64,000 nucleotides of DNA. Source: Desulfatiglandales bacterium (GTDB taxonomy: Bacteria; Desulfobacterota; DSM-4660; Desulfatiglandales; Desulfatiglandaceae). The notes beneath the pieces were generated by a model. That model did no database searches and had not been told where the DNA came from. It was given only the letters and a program-made list of their open reading frames with translations. The DNA is taken from assembly GCA_963662465.1 (NCBI GenBank), contig OY759599.1, positions 7,776,001 through 7,840,000 on the forward strand, written 5' to 3'. Shown in pieces: positions 48,477 through 59,708 of the stretch. Within the stretch, counting starts at the first letter, position 1. Each line of letters starts with the position of its first letter. A program made the translations under genes and the position numbers.

Positions 48477-49432
48477 TGACGATTTTACCTGAGGATCTTC
48501 AGCGCTTGATGAACGCTATGGAAGGTGAAAACCTCGAGTTCAAAGAAGCAAAACAAAGTTATCCCTTCGATAAACTCTTCAAATACTGTGCTGCCCTCGC
48601 CAACGAAGGCGGCGGCAAGGTGATCCTTGGCGTAACGGATCGAAGACCCCGGCGGATTGTTGGAACCCGGGCCTTCACGCAACCTGAACGGACCCGCGCA
48701 GGCTTGATTGAAAAACTCCGAATCAGAGTGGATGTAACCGCGCTCCGCCCCTCTGAGGGAAGGGTTCTCGTCTTCACGGTACCTTCAAGACCCGTGGGCG
48801 TTCCCATACAGGCGGATGGCATCTACTGGGCCAGACAGGGAGACAGCCTGGTTCCCATGACCGAAGAGCAGCTTAGGGACATCTTCGATGAAATCGGTCA
48901 TGACTTTTCGGCGGATGTTTGCCCTGCGGCAACTTTGGAAGACCTGGACCCGGTTGCCATTGAAGACTTTCGGAAACGGTGGATCGAAAAATCCGGAAAG
49001 AGTGCATTAGCCCGGCTGGATCAAAAACAACTCCTTCAGGATGCGGAAGCCGTTGCCGGTGAAAATATTACATACGCGGCCCTTATTCTATTCGGAACGT
49101 ACAAAGCCTTAGGACGGCATCTGGCCCAGTCCGAGGTGGTTTTTGAATACCGATCTTCGGAAGCGCCGGGCCCGGCCCAGCAGCGAAAGGAATACCGCCG
49201 GGGATTTTTCTCCTTCTATGATGAAGTCTGGAACATCATCAACCTTCGTAACGATCTCCAACACTATCAGGACGGATTGTTCATGCGGGATATTCCCACC
49301 TTTGAAGAGCGATCCGTCAGGGAAGCCATCCTCAATGCGGTGAGCCATCGAGATTACCGTCACGGCGGAAACGTATTTGTGCGTCAGTACCCCCGATACA
49401 TCAAAATCGAAAGCCCGAACGGAGGATCTTAA
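48476..49432 (+). pseudogene. AlbA_2 (Schlafen-like) protein, probably 3'-truncated within the HATPase_c_4 region
   Basis: EGENLEFKEA, ALANEGGGKVILGVTD, REAILNAVSHRDY; ends abruptly at IESPNGGS. Confidence 0.75.
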
Positions 49433-49588
49433 CATTGTGCGTTTTGATTGTGCGCGAACAAAGACACCGCACAATCCAAAACCATTGACACCTATAAAAA
49501 TTAAAAAAATCAGCTAATTAAATTTGATCGCTATTGAAATAAAAGTACAATCGACGCACAATTAACAAAGCAATAAGGACCGTGAAGC

Positions 49589-49660
49589 ATGACCTGTAAA
49601 AAGAAACGCATCGAAGTCGCCCTTCCGCCGGCATTCGATAAGAGAAAAGATCCCATTCAT
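49589..49660 (+). pseudogene. Possible N-terminal remnant of a DUF1156 methyltransferase
   Basis: MTCKKKRIEVALP resembles the KKLIEVALPL start of DUF1156 proteins; AAGGA RBS. Confidence 0.45.
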
Positions 49661-49676
49661 AAAACAGGGAGTTCAA

Positions 49677-50228
49677 ATGAGAAAATCGGATATCGATAAA
49701 ATTTTATATATTCAACTCATTATTGCCCGTATGGGTGAAAAAGAGTTGATGAACTGGTGGAACACAGATATCGCCTATGAAATGGGAGGAGCTGATTTTT
49801 TGAAAAGACTCCTGGGAGATACCCTCGCACCTCTTTCAGCGGGAGAAGGCATTTTAAAGGCGGCCCAATTAAAAGAGACCCAACTCATCAGCGAGATGCC
49901 GGACAACCAAAAAGTTTATACGTTGTTCAGGCCGGAACCTGAAGTGGATATCGCCATTGAAGAGCGCCTCAGGCATTTCAAACGTTATCCTGAAGACCTG
50001 CCGGAAGAAATTTCACAGATCCTGGCGCCTGAAAAGGATTGGGCGACACAAGAGCTTGCTGATTTGATCTCAACAGAGAAGTATCCCGAATTCACTGGGA
50101 CAAGTTTTGGTAGAGAGATCGAAAAGACAATTGGACTCGGGATGTCTGATGTCATGATAAGCCTTGCCTCAATCATAAAAACGAATGAAAAAGGCAACTA
50201 TGGTTTGTCCTACTACAGAGGGGCATAA
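49677..50228 (+). CDS. brxE: BREX type 6 protein BrxE
   Basis: IDKILYIQLIIARMGE...WWNTD...GGADFLKRL; first gene of the brx operon. Confidence 0.75.
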   Translation: MRKSDIDKILYIQLIIARMGEKELMNWWNTDIAYEMGGADFLKRLLGDTLAPLSAGEGILKAAQLKETQLISEMPDNQKVYTLFRPEPEVDIAIEERLRHFKRYPEDLPEEISQILAPEKDWATQELADLISTEKYPEFTGTSFGREIEKTIGLGMSDVMISLASIIKTNEKGNYGLSYYRGA

Positions 50229-50229
50229 C

Positions 50230-51000
50230 GTGCCTCTTCCTGATTGTTATAAAATCGGGCATTCATCGGCCCTGAACAAAATAAGCGGACGATTGCCCGA
50301 AGGACGTGAATTTATAGCGTCCTTTGATATTTTCCTACCCGTTCCGGATAATTCCCGGAAAGCCTATATGAACCGATGGTATGGGAATGCCAGTGAACGA
50401 AAATGCAATGAACTGACCCGGCATTTCAATCAGAGATACATCCTCACACCTGAAAACTTCGAATCTCTTCGACAATATATACTAGGGACTTCCGGTGTGG
50501 ACTTTCCCTGGATCAATCATTTTTACATGCTATTGGATGACCCATACTATCGCTGGGCTGTTGCGGATTTCATACCTGACCGCTATCAAAAGGGGCTCAT
50601 GGAGATCCCCAGGTCCCGTTTTGATCAGGAGTTGAAAAAGCAGCTGCCGGATACAGTGGGCGCCGGGAGCCTTGCCAGATATGGCCAGAACCTGTTAACA
50701 GCCATTCGTGATAACGGCCTGCTCGAAGGAAAGGGAAAAAAGACCATTGTAAGTCCTGGTCTTTCTGTGAAGACAATGGCATTTATGCTTTACACCCTTT
50801 CTGATCTAGGGGTTGGAACTAATGAGTTTGATATGTCTCCATTGTTTTTATCTACCCTCAAAACACGGGATTTTTTGGTTCCCATTTTTTATGAAGGAGA
50901 ACAACTGGGTTACTGGGAATTTACAGGGGACCGTGAAAGGATAAAACTGAACCTGAATCAGCCGGGTCTCAACCATTGGCTGGAGGCGTGCATATTATGA
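50230..51000 (+). CDS. brxA: BrxA-like protein
   Basis: Position between brxE and brxB; DDPYYRW...LLTAIRDNGLL. GTG start inferred. Confidence 0.6.
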   Translation: MPLPDCYKIGHSSALNKISGRLPEGREFIASFDIFLPVPDNSRKAYMNRWYGNASERKCNELTRHFNQRYILTPENFESLRQYILGTSGVDFPWINHFYMLLDDPYYRWAVADFIPDRYQKGLMEIPRSRFDQELKKQLPDTVGAGSLARYGQNLLTAIRDNGLLEGKGKKTIVSPGLSVKTMAFMLYTLSDLGVGTNEFDMSPLFLSTLKTRDFLVPIFYEGEQLGYWEFTGDRERIKLNLNQPGLNHWLEACIL

Positions 51001-51611
51001 GTCTGGAATCTAGAATCGATGCGCTGAAAAAGGATCTGCTTAATCCCGCGGGGCCATGTATCAGCACCAATAGAAACTATCCATTTGCCCTTTTTCATTA
51101 CCCGCCACAGGAAGAATTTAAGATGCGGGCCAAATTGGTGGCGCTTCTGGATACCCTTCGCAGTAAGGGATGGACGATTCTGAATGTGGATTTGTTTTCC
51201 ACTCTTGTTGAATACTTGGGAAAACAAGAAGGAGGAGAGCTTATTGAGGCGCTTATCCAGGAAGAAAAACTCCAGTACAAGGCGAGTCGGAAAAATCATT
51301 CAATGCCCTTAAGTGTATTACAAAACAGTCTGGATGTATTTTTGAAAGACACAAAAGAATATCCCAAGGTTGTTTTTGACAGGATTATGGAAAAAACAGA
51401 GCATAGTGATGAGACGAAAACCGTTATCTTTCTATCCAGAATCGGAGCCTTGTACCCCTTTTATAGAACTTCATCATTATTACGCTACTTAGACAAGGGC
51501 ATTCGAGTCCCCACAATAGTACTCTATCCCGGGGAGCGAACGGAACAGTACTACCTCTCTTTTATGGGCGAAATGGATGCCGACAGAGACTATCGCCCCA
51601 GGATCTATTAG
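50997..51611 (+). CDS. brxB: BrxB (DUF1788)
   Basis: NYPFALFHYPPQEEF, GALYPFYRTSSLL, LYPGER...LSFMG...DYRPRIY. Confidence 0.85.
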   Translation: MSLESRIDALKKDLLNPAGPCISTNRNYPFALFHYPPQEEFKMRAKLVALLDTLRSKGWTILNVDLFSTLVEYLGKQEGGELIEALIQEEKLQYKASRKNHSMPLSVLQNSLDVFLKDTKEYPKVVFDRIMEKTEHSDETKTVIFLSRIGALYPFYRTSSLLRYLDKGIRVPTIVLYPGERTEQYYLSFMGEMDADRDYRPRIY

Positions 51612-52993
51612 TGAAGGAGAAAATATGAGCCGGATCAAAGATGTCTTTTTTAGGAACATCGAGGAAAACATCGCGCCTGTAATCTATTTTCATCAGCTTG
51701 AACCGGAGGTGGCCGCCCAGGAAGTGGCGGAATACATATTCACCACCCGCTCTGCATCCCATGGCAACCGGTTGGGAGGAATCCATGAGCAGATGGTGTC
51801 CCTTTTAAATCAGATATCCATTGCCATCGATGAGGGACACAAACTTCCTGCCTCCTGGATATCCGGTTTTTTTGGTTCCGGCAAGTCCTCCTTTGCAAAG
51901 CTCTTTGGATTAGCCCTCGATCATATGGAACTCCCCAATGGGACCACCATGGATAAGGCCCTCATGGAAAGGGATGATACTCCCAACTTCAAAGAACTCC
52001 ATGAGGCATTCGACAAATTAAGCCGTCAGATAAACAGTATGTCTGTGATCTTTGATATTGGCACAGCAGCAAAGAATAATGAGAGCACACCCCATACGGT
52101 TTACCGGCATATTCTGCAAAAGCTGGGATATTCACGCCATGATGGGGTGGCTTACTATGAGGTCGCCCTGGAAGATGAGTCCCGCTACGATGAATTTTTA
52201 AAATTGTACAATGAGCAGTATCAAAATCCCTGGGCGGAAAAATGCAGCTCTGCCTTGGCGCCGCAGCAGTTCCGGGCAATTTATAAAAAAATCTTCCCTG
52301 AACAGGATGACCTTCTGGAGACCAGCACCTTTAACCTGAACTCGTTAAATATCCAGAATATGGTCTCCAATATATACAAGGTTGTAGCGCGACGGGCTCC
52401 GGGAAAGACAATTTTTGTCGTGGTGGATGAGGTCTCTCAATACATTGCCAAAGATCAGAATAAGATGCTGGACCTCCAATCCTTTGTTTCAGAGATAGGG
52501 GGTCGGGTTAAGCCCGGTAAAAGTCCCCTGTGGTTACTGGTTACCGGCCAGGAAAAGCTGGAAGAAGAGAGCAACGAATCAGTCCTTTTTAAACTCAAAG
52601 ACCGTTTTCCTCCCGCCCTGCGGGTACATCTCGACAGGGCCAACGTCAAGGAGGTTGTCAGCCGCAGGCTCCTGAAAAAAACAGCTGGGTCTGAACTGGA
52701 AACCATTGTTTCGGATTCCAATTTAGATAGCCTTAAACTCCATGGATACGAATGCGCAAACGTAACAAAAGAGCAGATCATTGAACATTATCCCTTGCTC
52801 CCGGGGTATATTTCCCTGTTTATGGATATTACGCAATGCATCAGGAGCCGCTCCTCACGTACCCAGAGTGATGCCGGCGGTGTACGATCCGTGCTGAATA
52901 ACATCTGGGACCTGTTTAACCGTGAACCTGTCACCCTTAAGGATCGCCCTCTCGGTAAGCTGATGACCCTTGATATGCTCTACGATATTATCG

Positions 52994-54914
52994 CAGGGTG
53001 AATTTATTCTTCCGAATTATCCAAATAAAATATAAAAGTTGCGCTACATTATGGACAGAAACCCTCGGATGGTGTATATACTGTGACAGGCACCAAACCA
53101 ATTCGGGGTTTAAATTCTTGAACGTTAAGCAAGTCCGCATTCAAATAGTCCGCCCGCTTGAAGAACAACGCTTTCAGCATCTGATGCAGTCGCATCATTA
53201 TTTGGGCGCTCTTCCCAAGATCAGCGAAACCCTCTGGTATACAGCTAGACTAAATAGTGAGTGGATTGCGCTTGTCAGTTTTTCTGCTCCCGCTTTGAAA
53301 TGTACACCAAGGGACAGCTGGATCGGATGGAATTTTCGCCATCAATACGATCGACTGAAACTGGTAACCAATAACAGTCGTTTTCTAATTTTGCCCGAAT
53401 GGCATATTCCGAATCTCGCATCCCGTATCCTTTCATTATGTCGGAAGCGAATGCAGGCTGATTGGCAGGAGCGTTTCGGGCATCCGGTTGTACTCCTGGA
53501 AACCTTTGTGGACCCAAAGCAATTCCACGGAACCGTATATCGAGCGTCTAATTGGATATATGTTGGTAAAACAAAGGGTTTTCATCGAACTCGCCAAGGC
53601 TACAGCGATAAAGCGGATTCACCGAAAATGGTTTTTCTTAAACCATTGGTTTCCAATGTTCAAGCACTGTTATCCCGACCTGTTCTCAAAAAACCATATC
53701 TTACAGGAGGTTACAAAATCATGCTCAGTGCGGAACATATGAAATCTCTACCCGACTTTTTTGCTCAAATTCCCGACCCGCGTCGATCCCAGGGACGACG
53801 TCACAGGCTCTCCACTGTTCTGGCCATTGCCACCGCCGCAACACTGTGCGGAATGCGCGGTTATCTGGCGATATCCGATTGGGTAAATGGTCTTGGACAA
53901 AAAGCCCTTGAGCGTTTCCGTTGCCGATATGAAAATAAGCGCTATGTAGCTCCCAGTCAGTCTACTATCCGTGATGTTCTGGTTCGCGTTGACCCCACAG
54001 AACTCGACAAAGCTCTCCAGCGTTGGAATCTGCTTTACGGTGAACAGGACGAAAGCTTGGCCATCGATGGAAAAACCATGTGTAATGCCATCGATGAACA
54101 AGGTTATCAGACTCACATCATGAGTGCTGTCGGCCATCAAACTAAGACCTGTTACACCCAAAAAAAGTCGGTTCTCTCCCTGTAGAAGGCAAAGACGAAC
54201 TCAAGCGAACCAATGAAATCAAAACGGCTGCCCCTTTACTGGACGCGATCGATATCGAAGGCAAAGTCATTTCAGCTGACGCACTGCTAACCCAAAGGAC
54301 TTTTGCTAAATATTTGGTCGAGCAACGCAACGCCCATTACCATTTCATCGCCAAAAACAACCAGCCCACATTACTTCAAGACATTTCCCTGTATTTTGAG
54401 GGCTGCAACGATCCTGATTTCATACAACACGATGCTCCCGATCATGGTCGCATCGAAGTGCGCAAAATATGGACGACTACCGAACTTAACCTATACCTGG
54501 ATTTCCCGTATGTCGGCCAGGCTTTTATGATCCAGAGAGAAGTTACAAACAAGAAAACCGGTAAATGCACAGTTGAGGTTGCTTACGGCATAACGAGTCA
54601 ATCACCTGATCAGGCGAATCCCGAACGTGTACTTTCTATCAATCGCGGTCACTGGAGCATTGAAAACGAGTGCCATTACATCATCGACTGGAACTACGAC
54701 GAAGATCGAAGCCGAATAAGAACCGGCAATGGTCCTGAAAACATGACCAGGCTGCGTAGATTCGCGGTGGGCGTCATTAAGGCGAAAGGCGTTCGCAGTG
54801 TAGCCCAGAAAATGCGCCAGCTCACGCAGAACGTAAGGGGTGTCTTCGACTATCTCAAGATGACCAAAAATTCAGTGCCCCAAGCGTGATACCTGTTAGA
54901 ACAAATTTACCGTG
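52994..54914 (+). mobile_element. ISAs1-family insertion sequence, copy 2 (1921 bp)
   Basis: Same TIRs as copy 1; 10-bp TSD GATATTATCG at 52984-52993 and 54915-54924. Confidence 0.95.
53118..54889 (+). CDS. DUF4338-ISAs1 transposase, probable -1 frameshift at 54160-54167
   Basis: The -1 frame after CYTQKK reads VGSLPVEGKDELKRTNEIKTAAPLLDAIDIEGKVISADALLTQ and joins the 54314-54889 ORF. Confidence 0.88.
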
Positions 54915-57900
54915 GATATTATCGGGTCAAGCATTGACAGTGATGTACAGTTGACCCTCCACAAGGTGTTTGAAAAACAAGGACCGGACACATGGGAAAC
55001 CAAGGTGATTAAAGCGATTTCACTCTTGGAGATGAATGCTGAACAGCTGCCTGTGCAGTTGAGGCTTCTTTCCTCTCTTCTCTACCCGGAACTTGGCGCC
55101 CCTTCCGTTGAAGACGAGGTGAAAATCGCTCTCGAAAACCTAAACAAGGATAATTGGATTCAGTATCATGAAAAGTATGGCTGGCGAATTCAAAACAATG
55201 CAGCTCAGGACTGGAGCCGGCAGAAGAGTGAAATATCCATCCCCTCCAGTCGAATCGTTGAGCTTCTTACGGATTTGCAGAAAGATATTGTATCCACTGT
55301 GAATCAACCTACCCTCAATGGCGCCCGCTTTCCCCTGGAATCCTATTGGGGGCTCGAACAGAAAATCACAGGTAAAAACGACTCCACCAAGGTGAAACTC
55401 TGTTTTCACTGGGTTAAAAATACCAGTAAACGCAAGGATCTGGATCAATGGATAAACCTGAGCCGACAGCATAAGAGGATGTTTCATTGGGTATCCGGTG
55501 ATCCAAGCGACCTGGAAAATAAGGTGAGAGAATATGAGCGTTCGCAGAAAATGATACTCCGTTACAAAGGTCAGGGACAGCTGCAACCCCTGCAGCAGCA
55601 GCTCATGTACCAGGAACAGGCGGAAAGTGAACGTCTTTGGGAGGTGATCAAAAAGGATCTCAGACAGGTTTGGATTCGCGGAGTTTTCTTTTTTGATGGC
55701 GACATTTTTGAAATGAGTCAGGCCGGCGTCTCCTTTGAGAACGCATTAAAGACCGAAATAGAAAAGAGGATGGTGCAGCTGTTTCATAAATTTTCTCAAG
55801 GCCATATCTCAATAACGGAATCAGATTATAAGCAGCTCCTGGAAAAGGACACTTCCGGCCTGGGGACCGTGTTTTTTGATGGGGATGGCGCCCTGGGGAT
55901 TGCACAGAACGACGCGGGACGGATCATTTTTAAGTGTGACGGCCAAGTTCCCCGGGAACTATTTCAATATCTCGAAGAAAGAACATACCTGACAGGGGAA
56001 CAACTGATCAAACATTTTGGCGCGGACCCGTTCGGCTATTCAGCCACAGTGGTTAAAGCCTCTGTTTTGGGGCTTTTACGGGAGGAACGACTTCGCGTTA
56101 GTGATCACAAAAAGAATGAAATCACCTCAATTCAGGACCCGGGGGCTAAATCCCTGTTTGAACAGCATCGGGAATTCCTTCGCGCGGAGATTGAAATCAA
56201 CAAGGACACCACTCTGACAGGAAGGGACAGGACCACCTTGCGCCGATTCTTTGAGGATTCCCTGGGCTTGACCCATGTGGACAGTGCATCGGATATACTG
56301 GCAGACCTGGTTTTTAAACACTTCCCCGAATGGAAAGATAAGGTGTCAGAGCTAAACAGCAAACTCGGAAGCCTCAATATTTCCGTTCCCGTGGAGATGA
56401 AAGAATTTAACAAGGCCTTAACCGCCTGTTTGGAAAATCGTCAAGTTCAAAAAACCCTTGAGCGGTTTAAGCGAAATCTCGATGTTATCCAGAAAGGTGT
56501 TGCCAGGGTAAAGGAGCTGGAGGAAAGCCTTAATGAGGATACTGAAAAAGAGCTGCGCCGGTTAAAAAACATACTGGAGGTGCAGGCGAAGCAGTTGGAG
56601 CAGGTGGGGGAAGCATCAGCCGTTCAAGGCTCCATTTCATTCCTTGAGAACCACATGCAGGGCAGTGCCCCCTGGCGGGGATATGCGGATGTAAAGCCCG
56701 GGGCCGAACAGATTATCGTCCAATACAAGCAGATAAGAAGGCTTTACAAAGATCAGCAGCAGGAGGAACTGGACAAGCAACTATCTCAAATTAAGCTAAG
56801 GCCAGATTTTGGGGGCCTTGATCAGGATAAACAGCAGGAGGTTTTACAACGCATCCGCAAGGTATTTGTGGATGTGGACGAAGATGCCGTACAGCCTCAG
56901 CTCTTGCTGATTAAGCAGACCCCGGACAGGATTCGGGAAGCGACATCCGAGGCCCACCTTTTTGTGGACCAGTTGGTCAATGAGGCTGCGGATAATGGAG
57001 AAGATTCTGAAAAAGATCCTCCCAAACCACGCGTGCATACCATACGCCTGGGTTTACGCAACAGGATTATCAGTGATACGGATGAACTGGAGCAGGTTCT
57101 TTCCAACTTAAAAGAGAAATGTCTAAAAGAGTTAGAGGCAGGCATAAAGGTAAGGTTTGAAGAATGACTGGGATACGGGAAACAACCAAGAGAAGCTTTA
57201 AAAATTGTGTCATCGCCATAAGAAACAGGCTGTTGGAAGACTTGGAGCAGGCCTGTTATCAGCGCTATTCCCTGAATGCAAAGGACCGCGGGAAAGTTCA
57301 ATTAACCTATCAGGAAGACCTCCACTACAAAAGGCTTTTTGCCTGGCTGGAAGATTCTGGAAGGTCCCATAAAGATTGGAAATCCAATTTAAAAGATTTG
57401 GTCAAAGAACGGGCCTACACCCTGACGAACCGTCTGGTTATTCTGATGCAGCTGGAATGCCGGGACCTGAGAAAGGTGAAACTCATCAGCCAAGGCATTG
57501 AAAAGTCGGCGTTTCGTACAGAGCAGGAGTTCTTTGTGGCCTTGACCCAGGGCGATGATCAGGGATTTGGTTTTATCCTCCAGCAGGTGTGGGATCAGTT
57601 GGCCCTGGAGCTTCCCGCACTGTTTGAATACAACGAGACCCACGAATGCGTGCCTATGCCAGGACCCACACTGCTTTGGCTGATCCAGGAGCTTAATCGA
57701 GATGATCTTCAAGAGGCCTGGAAGGATGACACCACGTTAGGCTGGCTGTACCAATTCTGGAATGACCCGGACCGTAAAGCCGTGGATGCAAAGCTCAACA
57801 CCACTTCCGGTAAAGTCGAAGCTCACGAAATTTCTGAAAAGACACAGCTTTTTACAGAGCGTTATATGGTTGAGTGGCTGGTGCAGAATTCCCTGGGAGC

Positions 57901-59708
57901 CCAATGGCTTGCAATTTGTGGGAAGCATGGCTGGATTCCTCGCGCCCAGGAAAAGATTGAGAAACTTGAAATCAGAAGAAAAGAGTGGAATCAAAGGATC
58001 GCAAATGAAGAGGTCCTTGAAACTGAGCCAATGCCAATCAACGGCGATGAAGAGCTTTGGAAATATTATGTGGCCCAGGACTTAGCTGAAGAAACTATTG
58101 AATCCGCTCCGTTATCTTTAGACAAGGTTAAGGTTCTCGATCCTGCAATGGGGAGCGGACATTTTTTGGTCTATGTGTTTGATTTCCTATGGGAGCTCTA
58201 CCAGGACCAGGCCCGTCTTCAAGGGAAAGAGTACAATTCCAAACAGACAATAGACTGGATACTGAATAATAACCTTCACGGGATCGATATTGATAACCGA
58301 GCGGTCCAGATAGGGGCGGCGGCGCTTTACATTAAGGCCCAGGAGAATATGCCTGGATACAGGATCGAAGAGCTGAATCTTGTGGCTTCTGATTTGGGCT
58401 TGAGCCATCTTGAAAAAGACAATCCGGCAGTTCTTGGATTCATCAAAATCCTTGAACAAGAGCTGGGGTTGCACCAGGAAATCAGCCTTGAAATTATCAA
58501 TGCCCTGAAAGGGGCTGAGTATCTTGGTTCTTTGCTTCAAGTGGAAAAAGAGATTGAGAGGATAGTCAAGTACTATCATGCTTTCACTATGACTAAAGAT
58601 ATTAAGGAGGTGCAGGAAAAAATCCTTCAGGCGTTAACCGGTTTTATTCATGATCATGATCAGGGGGAAGACTTAGGCGTCAGATCATTGGCTGAGCAAA
58701 TGGGGAAAGGACTTAGACTTATTGAGCTGTTGGGAAAAAAATATGATGTGGTTGTGGCCAATCCTCCCTATTTAGGAATTGCAAAAGCGAGAAAGGAAAT
58801 TGCAGATCAAATTCAATTGCATTATCAGGATGGCAAGGCTGATCTCTATTCTATTTTTATGTTGAGGTCCTTTCAACTTGCACAAGATTATGGAAAAGTT
58901 GCAATGGTAACTCTTCGCGGTTGGATGTTCCTCTCCCAATTTGAAGATGTTCGCATCAAATTGTTAAGAGAGTCAAATTTCATATCTTTTGGAGACCTTC
59001 ATCTTGGAGCTTTTAATGATATGAAAGATGTTTCTGCAACAATGTTTGTTTGTCAGAAATCCAATCTTAAAAGTCTATCCACTAAAATTGTTAGACCAGT
59101 TCCAAAACTTCAGATTCGTAGAGATCAGCATCAGGTTGGTAAAAATGTAAGAGGGCTCATTCGCGCAGATGAAGTCTACACCTTCCTCCAATCCCGTTTT
59201 GCCGAAATCCCCGGTTCGCCAATAATCTATTGGTGGCCCGAAGAGTTTCGCCAGACCTATTTGAAGGCCCCGAAATTGGGTAACCTATCTGATGTTAGAC
59301 AAGGTTTGGCGTCTTCTTTGAATAATCGGTTTCTAAGAAGACCTTATGAGATAGATTTACAGAGTCTTGAGCTAAATCCTCCAAACTTTGTTGATCAAAA
59401 TGTGGATTATTTCAAATGGCAACCATATGTGAAAGGAGCTTCCGGAAAACGATGGTATGAGGGGCTTGTTGATATAATTATTTGGCAGGGAAATGGTCTA
59501 GAAGTAAAAGCATATGCAAGTAAATTATATGGTTCAGCATCAAGATCCCGGGCGGCCACCCAAAATCCCCCACCTGTGGCCACTTGAAAATCCCCCACCT
59601 AAAGAGGTTCAAAATGTAGATTTTTGATCTTCGGCTCAATTCACAAAATGGTGACAGGACGTTATACCATCTCCCAATGCAATTTAATTGAATTGGGAGG
59701 AAGAAAGG

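Larger units (their letters stand above)
51625..57167 (+). pseudogene. brxC: BrxC P-loop ATPase interrupted by ISAs1
   Basis: WISGFFGSGKS, VVDEVSQY, LKDRF, HYPLLP. The frame LYDII|GSSID is restored when the IS and one TSD copy are removed. Confidence 0.9.

Noticed and set aside
52998..53117. Extended GTG start of the ISAs1 ORF
   Set aside because: It begins inside the TIR, and copy 1 has a stop in this stretch
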